Shown here piece by piece: positions 1-9,452 of a stretch of 25,423 nt of DNA (position 1 is its first letter; every line of letters begins with the position of its first letter). The translations under genes were made by a program, and so were the position numbers. Source of the DNA: a virus (lineage: Duplodnaviria > Caudoviricetes); the IMG/VR virus record IMGVR_UViG_3300022935_000105, positions 1-25,423 of that record. One strand, written 5' to 3'. The notes beneath the pieces were generated by a model. The model made no database searches and was not told the origin of the DNA. It was given only the letters and a program-made list of their open reading frames with translations.

Positions 1-1
1 C

Positions 2-3000
2 GATAAAGAATTTAATGATGATAATTGGACGATACTTGACTCCAATCCAGAAAAACAACTTATTGCTAACTTTGATTATCGAGTAAATCAAATAGAAGAT
101 TATTTTAATGTTGGTTCTCAAGGACTTGGAAAGAGCCAAAGAGATCTTGCCAGACATACAATAGGATATCAGCAGAGACAATATCTACAGTATCTTGCTG
201 AGGATGAAGTGACTCAGTACAAATTGTATCAGGGCTTTATCAGAGAAAAAGGCACTAATAATTCGATTACTAAACTGTTTAATAAGATTAGTAAGTCTGG
301 ACAATCAAGTGTATCACTTGAAGAAGAGTGGGCATTTAGAGTTGGACAGTTTGGTGGAATAGATCAAACCAATGTTTATGAAATTAAATTAGATACCGAA
401 GAATTTGTTCTTAATCCTCAGCCTATATTAGTAGTTGATTCCAAACCTAACCAACCACTTGATCGTTATTACAGAGTTAATAAGTCTGATTTTTATTATG
501 CACCAGTTCCTTACACTACTGAAATATTACCAACAACAACTGATCAATTGGTAACAAGAACAGCAGGATATGTTAAGACAGGTCAAACGGCACACGTTGT
601 TAAGAACAAGAGCGATATATTAAACATCAACATTGAAGAGTTTAATGAAAATGATCATGTCTGGATTACTTTCAATAATTTATCGTGGACTGTGTTAAGA
701 GGAAATGTAGTTTATGATCTTCCAGTTGACAACATATCTTCGAAAGGAACAATAGTTACAGTTACCTTTGGTAAAAAACACAATCTTGTTCCGGGCGATA
801 TAATCGGTATTACTAACATAGAAGGAATAATAGGTTTCCATGAAATAGTGGAATTAACACAGACTATTGAAGGAACAACACTGAATGAGAATTTATCAAT
901 TCAATTTATTGTAGATCCTGCTCCAGAAATATCCTTTGATGCGAGTTCGTTAACTTTTCCTATACTTTTCACAGAAGCAAGGTTTGCAGATTATGATAGT
1001 TTACAACCAGAACACGTTGCATTACTAAGAAACAATTCAAAATTGTTTGTCGATAAGAATGCTGACGGGTTATGGGAAGTTGTTCAAAAGAAAAAACAAT
1101 ATCAATCTAAGAAAATAACAAATTATGGCATAACTGATCCTGTCAAGACAGGTTACAAGGTTGAATATGCTTCAAATTATAAACAGGTAATTGCTTCGAT
1201 TCCAGGAAGTGGATACGTCAATGTCTACATTGAAACAAATCAAGGGTTGTCAGTTAGACAGATTCTTGAGCCACAAAGCGGATTAGAAACCACGGTTAAT
1301 GGATCGTTTGGTTACGAACTTTCTTTAAGTCCTGATCAAAAATACTTGTTTGTTGGATCTCCACTTGCAAGTGGTGTTACATCAAATTATAAAGGATTGT
1401 TTAGTCCTTATGCAACATACGCTCCTGGAGACATCGTTCTTTATGCAGGAAATTTATGGAAATCATTAACAACAAATGTTGGCGATGGAAGCACAATTGA
1501 TTTAGAAAATAATGATTGGGAATTGACTAAAAATATTTCAGCACTATCATCGGGATCAGAAACAGGTCCTACGCAACAGGGTGCTGTTTCTGTTTATGAA
1601 TGGAATGCTCAGCAATGGAATTACGTAGAAAGTTTTGTAAGTCCAAGACCAAATGAATCAGAAAAATTTGGATCTAAGATTGTTTGTGGTAAGACAGCAA
1701 ACGGTTATACACTTGCTATTAGTGCTCCAGGATCAATCAATAACAAAGGAAGGGTCTATCTTTACACACAAAACACAGACGGTGAGTGGGAATTGATAGA
1801 AGATGAAAACTACAAAGGAATTTATAATTCTGGTGTTGCATTTACAGGATCAATCAATGACAATGTATTGACAGTTACCGACGTAGCATATGGTAAGATA
1901 GTGGAAGGTGCAATACTTGAGGGTTCAGGAATTACTGCCGGAACAAAAGTGGTTTCACAAACACAAGGAATTAAAGGTAGCACAGGAACTTATACAGTTG
2001 TTCCTTCATACGATGCCGTGGGATCCAATCCAGCGCCAATCGGAAGCACAGCAATAACAGGAACATATTATTATCCTACGGGTTCAATAGTTTATGTTGA
2101 TGGTTTTCTTTGGAAAGCAACTGCAAACAATTATAGCGATGGAAGCACGATTAGCATACAGAGTGCTGATTGGTTAAAGGTTGATGAAATAGCAACACAA
2201 TCATCATTACCACAAAGCATGAGCATAGAGGATGACGGATCAACACTTTCCGCTGGAATATTAAGTGATACACAGATTTCAGAATTAATTAAGGATGGTG
2301 ATCGATTTGGAATGAGCCTATCAATGAACTATGATGGTTCGGTATTAGTAGTAGGAGCACCATATGCTGATGGTCAATTCTTTACCAACTTTAAAGGACC
2401 ATGGGATCCTAACTATGAATACGTAGAAGGTGATGTTGTAAAATACCAAGGCGGCTATCATAAGTTAATTAATGCTGGTCCTACAGCAGTCGGCATTGAT
2501 AGTACAATTAGAAGTTATAACCAAGAACCCGATGCTGGTCTTCCTTGGTCGAATGTTGGCGACAGCAGTGCTGAAGCAACAGGAAAAATCTTTATCTATA
2601 GAAAAGACATCAACGGTTTTTACAAATTAGATCAAACTATCACAACTGAAGGTCTTGAATTTATAAGTGACATTGATCCATCTGAAACAATAAGCACAGG
2701 AGATCAGTTTGGTTATGACATGGACATTGATTATTCTGGTAATACATTAGTAGTTTCGAGCCCTAAGGCAGATAGGAATTTCCAAAATCAAGGAAGTGCT
2801 TACATCTTTAAATATGAAAGCGATAGTTCAGAATTACAATTTAGATTAAAACAAAAAATTGAAAGTTATGACATTTATCCTAATGAGTATTTTGGCCAGA
2901 GCGTATGCATAACACCTAATACAGAAAAATTAGTAGTAGGAGCAAACAATAGTCCTTACTCATTACCAACTCGATTTGATTCTTCAACAACAACATTTGA

Positions 3001-6000
3001 TGACGGAGTGACTTCATTCAAGAGTTACGATGGTTTTTCTGGTGCGGTTTATGTGTTTGAAAGAAAAGACGAAACATATTTCTTAGCAGAAAAACTTGAT
3101 GAGGATCTAAGCCTTAATGAATCATTTGGTTTTAGTCTTGTTTGTGATACAGACACAATAGTTGTAGGATCACCAGATTATATAGAACCTGCCCCCCATG
3201 GTCCAGGACTTGCATTTGAAGGATCTAAAGTGGGTAACGTAAGACTGTTCAAAAAACAGTCAGGAATCAATTCATTAGAACTTATCGGTCAGGAAGAGCC
3301 TACAGTTGATATTAGAGATCTAAAACGACTAACATTGTATTCTGATTCATCAACAAATAAGATACAGGATATCGAAATAATAGATCCAGCCAAAATGAGA
3401 ATATTAGCAGCGGCTGAAAGAGAAATAACATTTAAAACATTGTATGATCCTGCTGTTTATTCTGTGGGAAATCCAGATAATCAAATTGTTGATAGCGATA
3501 CAGCATGGACGACAAAGAACGTTGGAAAACTTTGGTGGAACATTTCCACAGTCAAATGGGTATACTATGAACAGGGAGATACTGCTTATAGAACGGCGAA
3601 TTGGGGTAAACTTGCAGAAGGTTCCACGATTGAAGTTTCTGAATGGGTTGAAACAAAATTACTTCCAAGCGAATGGGCAGTTCTTGCAGATACCACTGAA
3701 GGATTAAAGAATGGCATTTCTGGAACACCACTTTATGATGATTCAGTTTATTCTATAAAAGAATTATTTAATGTTAACACTGGTGAATTAACTGAAACAT
3801 TATATTACTATTGGGTTAAATCTAAGGTAACCGTTCCGAACATAAGTGGAAGGACAATATCAGCAGCCAACGTTGGAGTATTAATTGCTGATCCTAATTC
3901 ACTTGGAAATACATTTACAGCATTAATAGCAAAAGACAAATTTTTATTCTACAATTATACATCTTTGGTGAATGAAAATTCTACAATATTAAACTTTGAA
4001 TTTTATAAAAATTCTCCTATCAGAAATGAAGTTCATAATGAATATCAATTGATCACGGAAGATGTTGCAGACAGTGTACCAACGCCTAAACTTGAAAGAA
4101 AGATGATAGACTCTTTGGTTGGTTATGATATACAAGGTAACAGAGTTCCTGATCCTGATTTACCAGAAAAACAAAAGTATGGAATCAAGTTCAGACCAAG
4201 ACAGAGTATGTTTACCGATAGAAGAGGCATACTAAAAATTATTATTGAAAATGCAAACAAGGTTTTACAGAAACAGCCGTTTGCTAATATAATTAGTTTT
4301 GAAAATTTAAATTTAAAAGACGAACAGCCAAGTAACTTATTAAGACTTTACGACACAAGCGTTTCTAATTATATCGATCTTGAAACAGTTGGTACGGTTA
4401 GAACTAAGGCTGGCCAGTTATCAGTTAATATCATAGACGATGAAATATCTTCCATAGACGTTGTTGATCCAGGATTCGGATACAAAGTTGCTCCTAATGT
4501 AGAATTTGAAGGAGACGGTGAAGGCGCTGTTGCCACAACAACTATAGACAATCAAGGAAGAATTACTTCGGTAACCGTTAACAATCCTGGTAGAAATTAC
4601 AAAACTGCCATTGCCAAAGTAAGAAGATTTAGTGTTCTTGTTGAAACTGATTCAACTTCTCAAAACTATTGGTCGATATATGCTTGGGATGACATAAGAC
4701 AAACTTTCTTTAGAAGTGCTTCGCAGGCCTTTGATACAACAAAATATTGGTCATACATAGATTGGTGGAAAGAAGGTTACAGCGAAACAACAAGAATTAT
4801 TAAGGAAATTCCATCGGTAGCAGAACTTCCTGCCAATGAAGAAAGTATTTCTGTGGGAGATTTGATAAGATTCAAAGAATATGGTTCGGGTGATTGGGCA
4901 GTATTCAAGAAAATATCCGATACATCCACAAGCATACTTTCTAATTATGAATTAGTTGGTAGAAAAAATGGAACTATCAAACTTGAAAATACTTTATATG
5001 ATGTTGGAACAACAGGAATAGGTTATGATAATGTTACTTCCTTTGATACCAATTTCTATGATAGAGAGCCTATCAACGAATTAAGAAATATTTTTACAGC
5101 ATTAAAACAAGATGTATTTGTCGGAGACTATACAGTTGAATGGAATAAATTATTCTTCAGTTGTGTTAGATATGTATTACACGAACAAGTTTATGTTGAT
5201 TGGGCATTTAAAACCAGTTTCTTAAATGCTACGCATACTGTTGGAGAGTTGTTACAAACTCCAAACTATAAGAACGATAGTCTTGATCAATATTTGAATT
5301 ATATTGACGAAGTAAAACCTTACAGAACAACAATTAGAGAGTACGTGAGTAAGTATGATAAGACTGACTATCAATATGCGGGAAGCACAGACTTTGACCT
5401 TCCACCTGCATACTTACAATCAAGAGGAAAGATCACAAGAATAACAGAAATAGATCCAGAGATAACAGAATATCCATACAAGTGGTGGTTAGATAATAAG
5501 GGATTCTCAGTAACGGAAGTTTTAATATCAAATCCAGGAAGTGGTTATACCAGCGTTCCTCGTGTTGTAATTGAGGGAGATGGTACTGGAGCAAAAGGAC
5601 AGGCTTATGTTTCAAACGGAACAGTATCAGGTGTAGTAATTACCAACCCAGGATCGGGTTATACAGTAACACCTACAATTGCATTGGTTGGTGGTAATGG
5701 AAGTTCCACAGATAAAGCAAAAGCAGTTGCGGTGCTTGGCGATACAAAAGCGAGAGTGTTTAATCTTGCTATGAAGTTTGATAGAATTACCAAAGAAGGA
5801 TTGTATTCATTCACAGACTTTGAACAAACATTTACGGCAACTGGCACAACTTCTGTCTTCGAATTAAAATATGCTCCAACAAGAGACAAGTCTAAGATAC
5901 AAATTATTAAAAATGGAGAAATTGTTCTTAATAGCGAATACTCCATAACAATCTACAGATCAAATGACGACGAGTTTAAGATTCTTAAAGGAAAAGTTGT

Positions 6001-8773
6001 GTTCAATGAAACACCAACTGCCGGTGATATAATAGAAATAGAATACGAGAAGAATGATGAACTTCTTGATGCAGTTAATAGAATCAATAAACTTTATAAC
6101 CCTGTATCTGGAATGAAAGGAAATGACCTTGATCAGTTAATGACTGGTATTGACTTTGGTGGTGTTCAAGTCCAAGGAACAACATTTGATGTAACTGGTG
6201 GTTGGGACGCACTTCCTTGGTTTACTGACAGTTGGGATAGTGTCGAAGCAGCAAGTGATTATTATCATGTTTGTGATGGTAGCACAGAATATGTTGAACT
6301 ACCTTATGTTCCTACAGAAGGGCAAAGAATTAATATCTATCTAAAGCGTGCTGGAGAAGAAGTTTTACCAACTATAGATAATTTACAGTATGGTCCTGGA
6401 GTAAAATCTCCACCAATTAGAAGAATTGATTCTCCGTACTTCCTTGACGGAAATGATTCTTCCACTGGTCCTAATCCAAATGCAGAAATGCCAACATTTG
6501 TTGGAGATGGTTCAACAAAAACTGTTGAGATAGGAATATACATTACAACTAATGATGGTGATATATTAATTTTCCGTCCTGAAACCAGTGATGGTTCAGT
6601 TACAATTACTGATGATAATCTTGTTGATACAAATATCTCAGGTGGTAGTTTAAGTATAATGGAAGGAGCCTACGCAACAGCAACAGGAAAAACCGCAGAA
6701 GAAATTAATTTAGAAGGCGGTAGATTCATAGGACCTGAACAGGTTCCAGCAACAGAGGAAAATATTCCAGGACAGGTTCTTGATAGTTTAAGTATCAAAG
6801 TATACACGGCTAAACAGGACGGAGTCGCTCCATTAAGTTCGAGAGTTGCAATATCAGATGGTTCAACAACAGTTTATGATATAGGTCAAACAATAACTGA
6901 AAATAAATCAGTCATAGTTTATATTGATGGATTAAAAACATCAGCATACACAGTTAATGTTCAAGACAATACAGTTGAATTTGCAAGTGCACCTGCATCA
7001 AACTCTAAGATTGAGATTTTAAGTATAGGTATTGGTGGTGTTACAATTCTTGATTATCAAGAATTTAAAGCAGACGGTGATACAGGATTATTCTTAACAA
7101 ATGCAAATTATGATGATACTGCAAATATTTTTGTATCAGTTAATGGTATTCAGGCAGATGTTGGTTATATTAACAGCAGTGATGTGTTGGATACTCCTAA
7201 CAGAACTTTAGTACAGTTTGGAGAAAAACCATCATTCAATTCTGTAATTAAAATTGTGGTACTTGGTTCTTCAACTGATGTTGATAGTTCATCATTACCT
7301 CTTGTTCGAGTTAATCAACAAACAATAATCCATGATGGTAGTACAAGAAACTATGATCTTGATAATTTTGTTTCCTTAGAAAGAGCAAGTGCAAAATCAA
7401 GCATGATTGTTGAAGTCAATGATGTTAAACTAAAAGGAGTTGATACTACATATTTCGAATATGATGGTGTGACAAATAATTTTACACTTGGACAGGATCC
7501 TTTAGAAGCGGCGGGTGCTATTCTTTCAAGAAATCTTCGAGTGTTTATTAATAATGAATTAAAAACATTCGTTCAGGATTATGTTTATAATGGTTCTACC
7601 AAGGTGCTTACTTTAACAGCAGGTGTAGCACAGATAGGTGACATCATTAAGATTGAAAACGATCTAAGATCCGAGTATAACATTGTTGGTGGAAATCTTG
7701 TTATCGGTAGTGGTGTTACACTTAATCCAGGTGATGAAATAAATGTAACTTGGTTTAGTGAATATCCTTCCATGGATGTTTATTCTGATAGAACCATTGG
7801 CGGCAAAGTTTATTTTGAATTGCCATTTAAACCAATATCTGCAAGTTATGTTTGGGTTTACAAAAATGGAGTTAAATTAATTCAGGATGTTGATTATCAA
7901 GTTAAGGTAGATAGAGGAATTATGTACCTAACAGATCCTACAACAACAAGTGATGTTATAACAATTACTATTTTCGGTACATCTGTTTTTAGAAATCCAA
8001 GTGCTTATGAAATTAACAAGGATATGTTAAACATTTATAGATTTAATAGATATTCCAAGGATGCTAATTTAACTCTTGCCAAGAATCTAAATTATTACGA
8101 TCTTACAATTGAAGTAACTGACGGAAGCATGCTTTCCGAACCAATTAGACAGAAAAATATACCTGGAGTAATCTTAATTAATAATGAAAGAATTGAGTAT
8201 TTGCAAAAAGATGGAAATATACTATCTCAACTCAGAAGAGGAAGCCAAGGTACTTCAATCAAGGAACTGCATTCAGTAGGATCATACTTGATTGATGTTA
8301 GCCAATCAGAATATATTCCATACCAGGAAGAAAATGAAAGAATGGATTTCGTTAGTGATGGAAGTTCACTATTGATTGGTCCTTTGGGTTACGTTCCAGC
8401 ACAAAGTACAGATGCAAATTGGTATGCTGGTACAATACCACAAGGATATGGAAGATGCGATACTGTGGAAGTATTCGCAGCAGGAAGACGTTTGAGAAAG
8501 GTTTCTTTAACAGTTTTTGATGAAACACTTGGCGCAGTTAGTCCAGATGCTGATAGACAGATTGAAGCAGAATTTTCAGTTGATGGAACGAGCCAAAACA
8601 TCAGATTAACCGAAACTTTACCAGCGGGAACACGTATTACGGTAATTAAAAAGGTAGGAAAAACATGGTATGATAGGGGCGAAACTACAGCATCTACAGG
8701 TGTTACATTGCTTGAAAATACAACACCAATAAGTAAATTCATTGCTGCAAAGTCAACCAGATTACCTGAATAA
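2..8773 (+). CDS. Giant virion structural protein, baseplate wedge-like (5'-truncated, >2920 aa)
   Basis: The frame of the 209..8773 ORF has no stop back to base 2 (DKEFNDDNWTILDSNPEKQLIANFDYRVNQIEDYF...), so GTG 209 is not the true start. It carries FG-GAP-like repeats, Y-x-x-G-[DS]-[IV]-V-x-Y/x-x-G modules, PGxGY beta-repeats and a 'YIDEVKPYRTTIREY' segment of the kind I recall from giant jumbo-phage baseplate proteins. It lies directly upstream of tail fibre genes. Confidence 0.8.
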   Translation, partial: DKEFNDDNWTILDSNPEKQLIANFDYRVNQIEDYFNVGSQGLGKSQRDLARHTIGYQQRQYLQYLAEDEVTQYKLYQGFIREKGTNNSITKLFNKISKSGQSSVSLEEEWAFRVGQFGGIDQTNVYEIKLDTEEFVLNPQPILVVDSKPNQPLDRYYRVNKSDFYYAPVPYTTEILPTTTDQLVTRTAGYVKTGQTAHVVKNKSDILNINIEEFNENDHVWITFNNLSWTVLRGNVVYDLPVDNISSKGTIVTVTFGKKHNLVPGDIIGITNIEGIIGFHEIVELTQTIEGTTLNENLSIQFIVDPAPEISFDASSLTFPILFTEARFADYDSLQPEHVALLRNNSKLFVDKNADGLWEVVQKKKQYQSKKITNYGITDPVKTGYKVEYASNYKQVIASIPGSGYVNVYIETNQGLSVRQILEPQSGLETTVNGSFGYELSLSPDQKYLFVGSPLASGVTSNYKGLFSPYATYAPGDIVLYAGNLWKSLTTNVGDGSTIDLENNDWELTKNISALSSGSETGPTQQGAVSVYEWNAQQWNYVESFVSPRPNESEKFGSKIVCGKTANGYTLAISAPGSINNKGRVYLYTQNTDGEWELIEDENYKGIYNSGVAFTGSINDNVLTVTDVAYGKIVEGAILEGSGITAGTKVVSQTQGIKGSTGTYTVVPSYDAVGSNPAPIGSTAITGTYYYPTGSIVYVDGFLWKATANNYSDGSTISIQSADWLKVDEIATQSSLPQSMSIEDDGSTLSAGILSDTQISELIKDGDRFGMSLSMNYDGSVLVVGAPYADGQFFTNFKGPWDPNYEYVEGDVVKYQGGYHKLINAGPTAVGIDSTIRSYNQEPDAGLPWSNVGDSSAEATGKIFIYRKDINGFYKLDQTITTEGLEFISDIDPSETISTGDQFGYDMDIDYSGNTLVVSSPKADRNFQNQGSAYIFKYESDSSELQFRLKQKIESYDIYPNEYFGQSVCITPNTEKLVVGANNSPYSLPTRFDSSTTTFDDGVTSFKSYDGFSGAVYVFERKDETYFLAEKLDEDLSLNESFGFSLVCDTDTIVVGSPDYIEPAPHGPGLAFEGSKVGNVRLFKKQSGINSLELIGQEEPTVDIRDLKRLTLYSDSSTNKIQDIEIIDPAKMRILAAAEREITFKTLYDPAVYSVGNPDNQIVDSDTAWTTKNVGKLWWNISTVKWVYYEQGDTAYRTANWGKLAEGSTIEVSEWVETKLLPSEWAVLADTTEGLKNGISGTPLYDDSVYSIKELFNVNTGELTETLYYYWVKSKVTVPNISGRTISAANVGVLIADPNSLGNTFTALIAKDKFLFYNYTSLVNENSTILNFEFYKNSPIRNEVHNEYQLITEDVADSVPTPKLERKMIDSLVGYDIQGNRVPDPDLPEKQKYGIKFRPRQSMFTDRRGILKIIIENANKVLQKQPFANIISFENLNLKDEQPSNLLRLYDTSVSNYIDLETVGTVRTKAGQLSVNIIDDEISSIDVVDPGFGYKVAPNVEFEGDGEGAVATTTIDNQGRITSVTVNNPGRNYKTAIAKVRRFSVLVETDSTSQNYWSIYAWDDIRQTFFRSASQAFDTTKYWSYIDWWKEGYSETTRIIKEIPSVAELPANEESISVGDLIRFKEYGSGDWAVFKKISDTSTSILSNYELVGRKNGTIKLENTLYDVGTTGIGYDNVTSFDTNFYDREPINELRNIFTALKQDVFVGDYTVEWNKLFFSCVRYVLHEQVYVDWAFKTSFLNATHTVGELLQTPNYKNDSLDQYLNYIDEVKPYRTTIREYVSKYDKTDYQYAGSTDFDLPPAYLQSRGKITRITEIDPEITEYPYKWWLDNKGFSVTEVLISNPGSGYTSVPRVVIEGDGTGAKGQAYVSNGTVSGVVITNPGSGYTVTPTIALVGGNGSSTDKAKAVAVLGDTKARVFNLAMKFDRITKEGLYSFTDFEQTFTATGTTSVFELKYAPTRDKSKIQIIKNGEIVLNSEYSITIYRSNDDEFKILKGKVVFNETPTAGDIIEIEYEKNDELLDAVNRINKLYNPVSGMKGNDLDQLMTGIDFGGVQVQGTTFDVTGGWDALPWFTDSWDSVEAASDYYHVCDGSTEYVELPYVPTEGQRINIYLKRAGEEVLPTIDNLQYGPGVKSPPIRRIDSPYFLDGNDSSTGPNPNAEMPTFVGDGSTKTVEIGIYITTNDGDILIFRPETSDGSVTITDDNLVDTNISGGSLSIMEGAYATATGKTAEEINLEGGRFIGPEQVPATEENIPGQVLDSLSIKVYTAKQDGVAPLSSRVAISDGSTTVYDIGQTITENKSVIVYIDGLKTSAYTVNVQDNTVEFASAPASNSKIEILSIGIGGVTILDYQEFKADGDTGLFLTNANYDDTANIFVSVNGIQADVGYINSSDVLDTPNRTLVQFGEKPSFNSVIKIVVLGSSTDVDSSSLPLVRVNQQTIIHDGSTRNYDLDNFVSLERASAKSSMIVEVNDVKLKGVDTTYFEYDGVTNNFTLGQDPLEAAGAILSRNLRVFINNELKTFVQDYVYNGSTKVLTLTAGVAQIGDIIKIENDLRSEYNIVGGNLVIGSGVTLNPGDEINVTWFSEYPSMDVYSDRTIGGKVYFELPFKPISASYVWVYKNGVKLIQDVDYQVKVDRGIMYLTDPTTTSDVITITIFGTSVFRNPSAYEINKDMLNIYRFNRYSKDANLTLAKNLNYYDLTIEVTDGSMLSEPIRQKNIPGVILINNERIEYLQKDGNILSQLRRGSQGTSIKELHSVGSYLIDVSQSEYIPYQEENERMDFVSDGSSLLIGPLGYVPAQSTDANWYAGTIPQGYGRCDTVEVFAAGRRLRKVSLTVFDETLGAVSPDADRQIEAEFSVDGTSQNIRLTETLPAGTRITVIKKVGKTWYDRGETTASTGVTLLENTTPISKFIAAKSTRLPE
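1145..3250 (+). repeat. About seven FG-GAP/integrin-alpha-like beta-propeller blades (protein-level repeat, approximate bounds)
   Basis: TGYKVEY..VIASIPG..YVNVY; SFGYELSLSPDQKYLFVGSP..GAVSVY; KFGSKIV..LAISAPG..GRVYLY; RFGMSLSMNYDGSVLVVGAP..GKIFIY; QFGYDMDIDYSGNTLVVSSP..GSAYIF; YFGQSVCI..LVVGAN..GAVYVF; SFGFSLVCDTDTIVVGSP..GNVRLF. Confidence 0.8.
4440..5760 (+). repeat. Two separated PGxGY beta-rich modules within the giant protein (about 4440-4620 and 5500-5760)
   Basis: VVDPGFGYKVAPNVEFEGDGEGAVATTTIDNQGRITSVTVNNPGRNY versus ISNPGSGYTSVPRVVIEGDGTGAKGQAYVSNGTVSGVVITNPGSGYTVTP. This repeat type is common in myovirus structural proteins. Confidence 0.75.
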
Positions 8774-8776
8774 ATA
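8770..8776 (+). promoter_or_regulatory. Putative late promoter box ATAAATA, overlapping the giant gene's stop codon
   Basis: gaATAAATAcact resembles the T4 gp55-type late promoter TATAAATA. The same TAAATA core recurs in the three other larger intergenic gaps. Confidence 0.55.
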
Positions 8777-8801
8777 CACTATGAATAACAAAGAGAAAGA
8801 T

Positions 8802-9449
8802 ATGCCAGTGAACAATAATACTACAAACGAATCCAAGAAACCTGTGGTAAATGAGCAGGGCGGATTCCATTTTGAAGGACACATAAAGATTTTTGACCCT
8901 GAAACTGGAGAAGTTTTTCAGGATAAACGCAATGCAATTCACTATGAAAATATGAGCGTTGCAATGGTAAACAGTTTATCAAACCAAGGTTTGGGAACAA
9001 TTTATCAAATGGTATTTGGCTCCGGCGGAACTACTGTAGATCCTACAGGATTAATTACATATCTTACTCCGAACACCGTCGGAATCAATTCAAGTTTATA
9101 CAATCAAACATACGCAAAGATTATTGATCAAAATGCAACTGGCAATAACGATCCTGTTAGAAACAAAATGGAAATTAGGCACATCAGTGGAGCAACATAC
9201 AGTGATATAGTAATTTCATGTTTGCTTGATTATGGAGAGCCACAGGATCAGGAAGCATTTGATAACAGCGTTAACATGGATGGAAACTTTGTCTTTGATG
9301 AACTTGGATTAAAATCATATAGTTCAACAGGAGATGGAAAACTTTTAACACACGTGGTATTCCATCCGGTGCAGAAATCACTAAACAGATTATTACAGAT
9401 TGATTATACAATTAGAGTTCAAAGTTTAACAGGTTTTAACGAGGGGTAA
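8802..9449 (+). CDS. Virion structural / baseplate protein (about 215 aa)
   Basis: The start is moved from TTG 8742 (inside the upstream gene) to ATG 8802, which follows a purine-rich AAGAGAAAGA; ATG 8781 is an alternative. Motifs GHIKIFD..G.V...KRNAI, FDELGL and LLTHVVFHPVQKSLNR.LQIDYTIR, plus the position between giant protein and fibres, suggest a baseplate component. Confidence 0.65.
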   Translation: MPVNNNTTNESKKPVVNEQGGFHFEGHIKIFDPETGEVFQDKRNAIHYENMSVAMVNSLSNQGLGTIYQMVFGSGGTTVDPTGLITYLTPNTVGINSSLYNQTYAKIIDQNATGNNDPVRNKMEIRHISGATYSDIVISCLLDYGEPQDQEAFDNSVNMDGNFVFDELGLKSYSSTGDGKLLTHVVFHPVQKSLNRLLQIDYTIRVQSLTGFNEG

Positions 9450-9452
9450 TAG

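Noticed and set aside
209-211. GTG 209 as the start of the giant gene
   Set aside because: The frame is open and protein-like back to base 2, so the gene begins upstream of the window.
3444-3707. Alternative-frame + strand ORF of 87 aa inside the giant gene
   Set aside because: No SD, no recognisable motif, and a length compatible with chance.
8742-8801. TTG 8742 start for the second gene
   Set aside because: It overlaps the giant gene and lies upstream of the TAAATA box. ATG 8802 or 8781 fits better.
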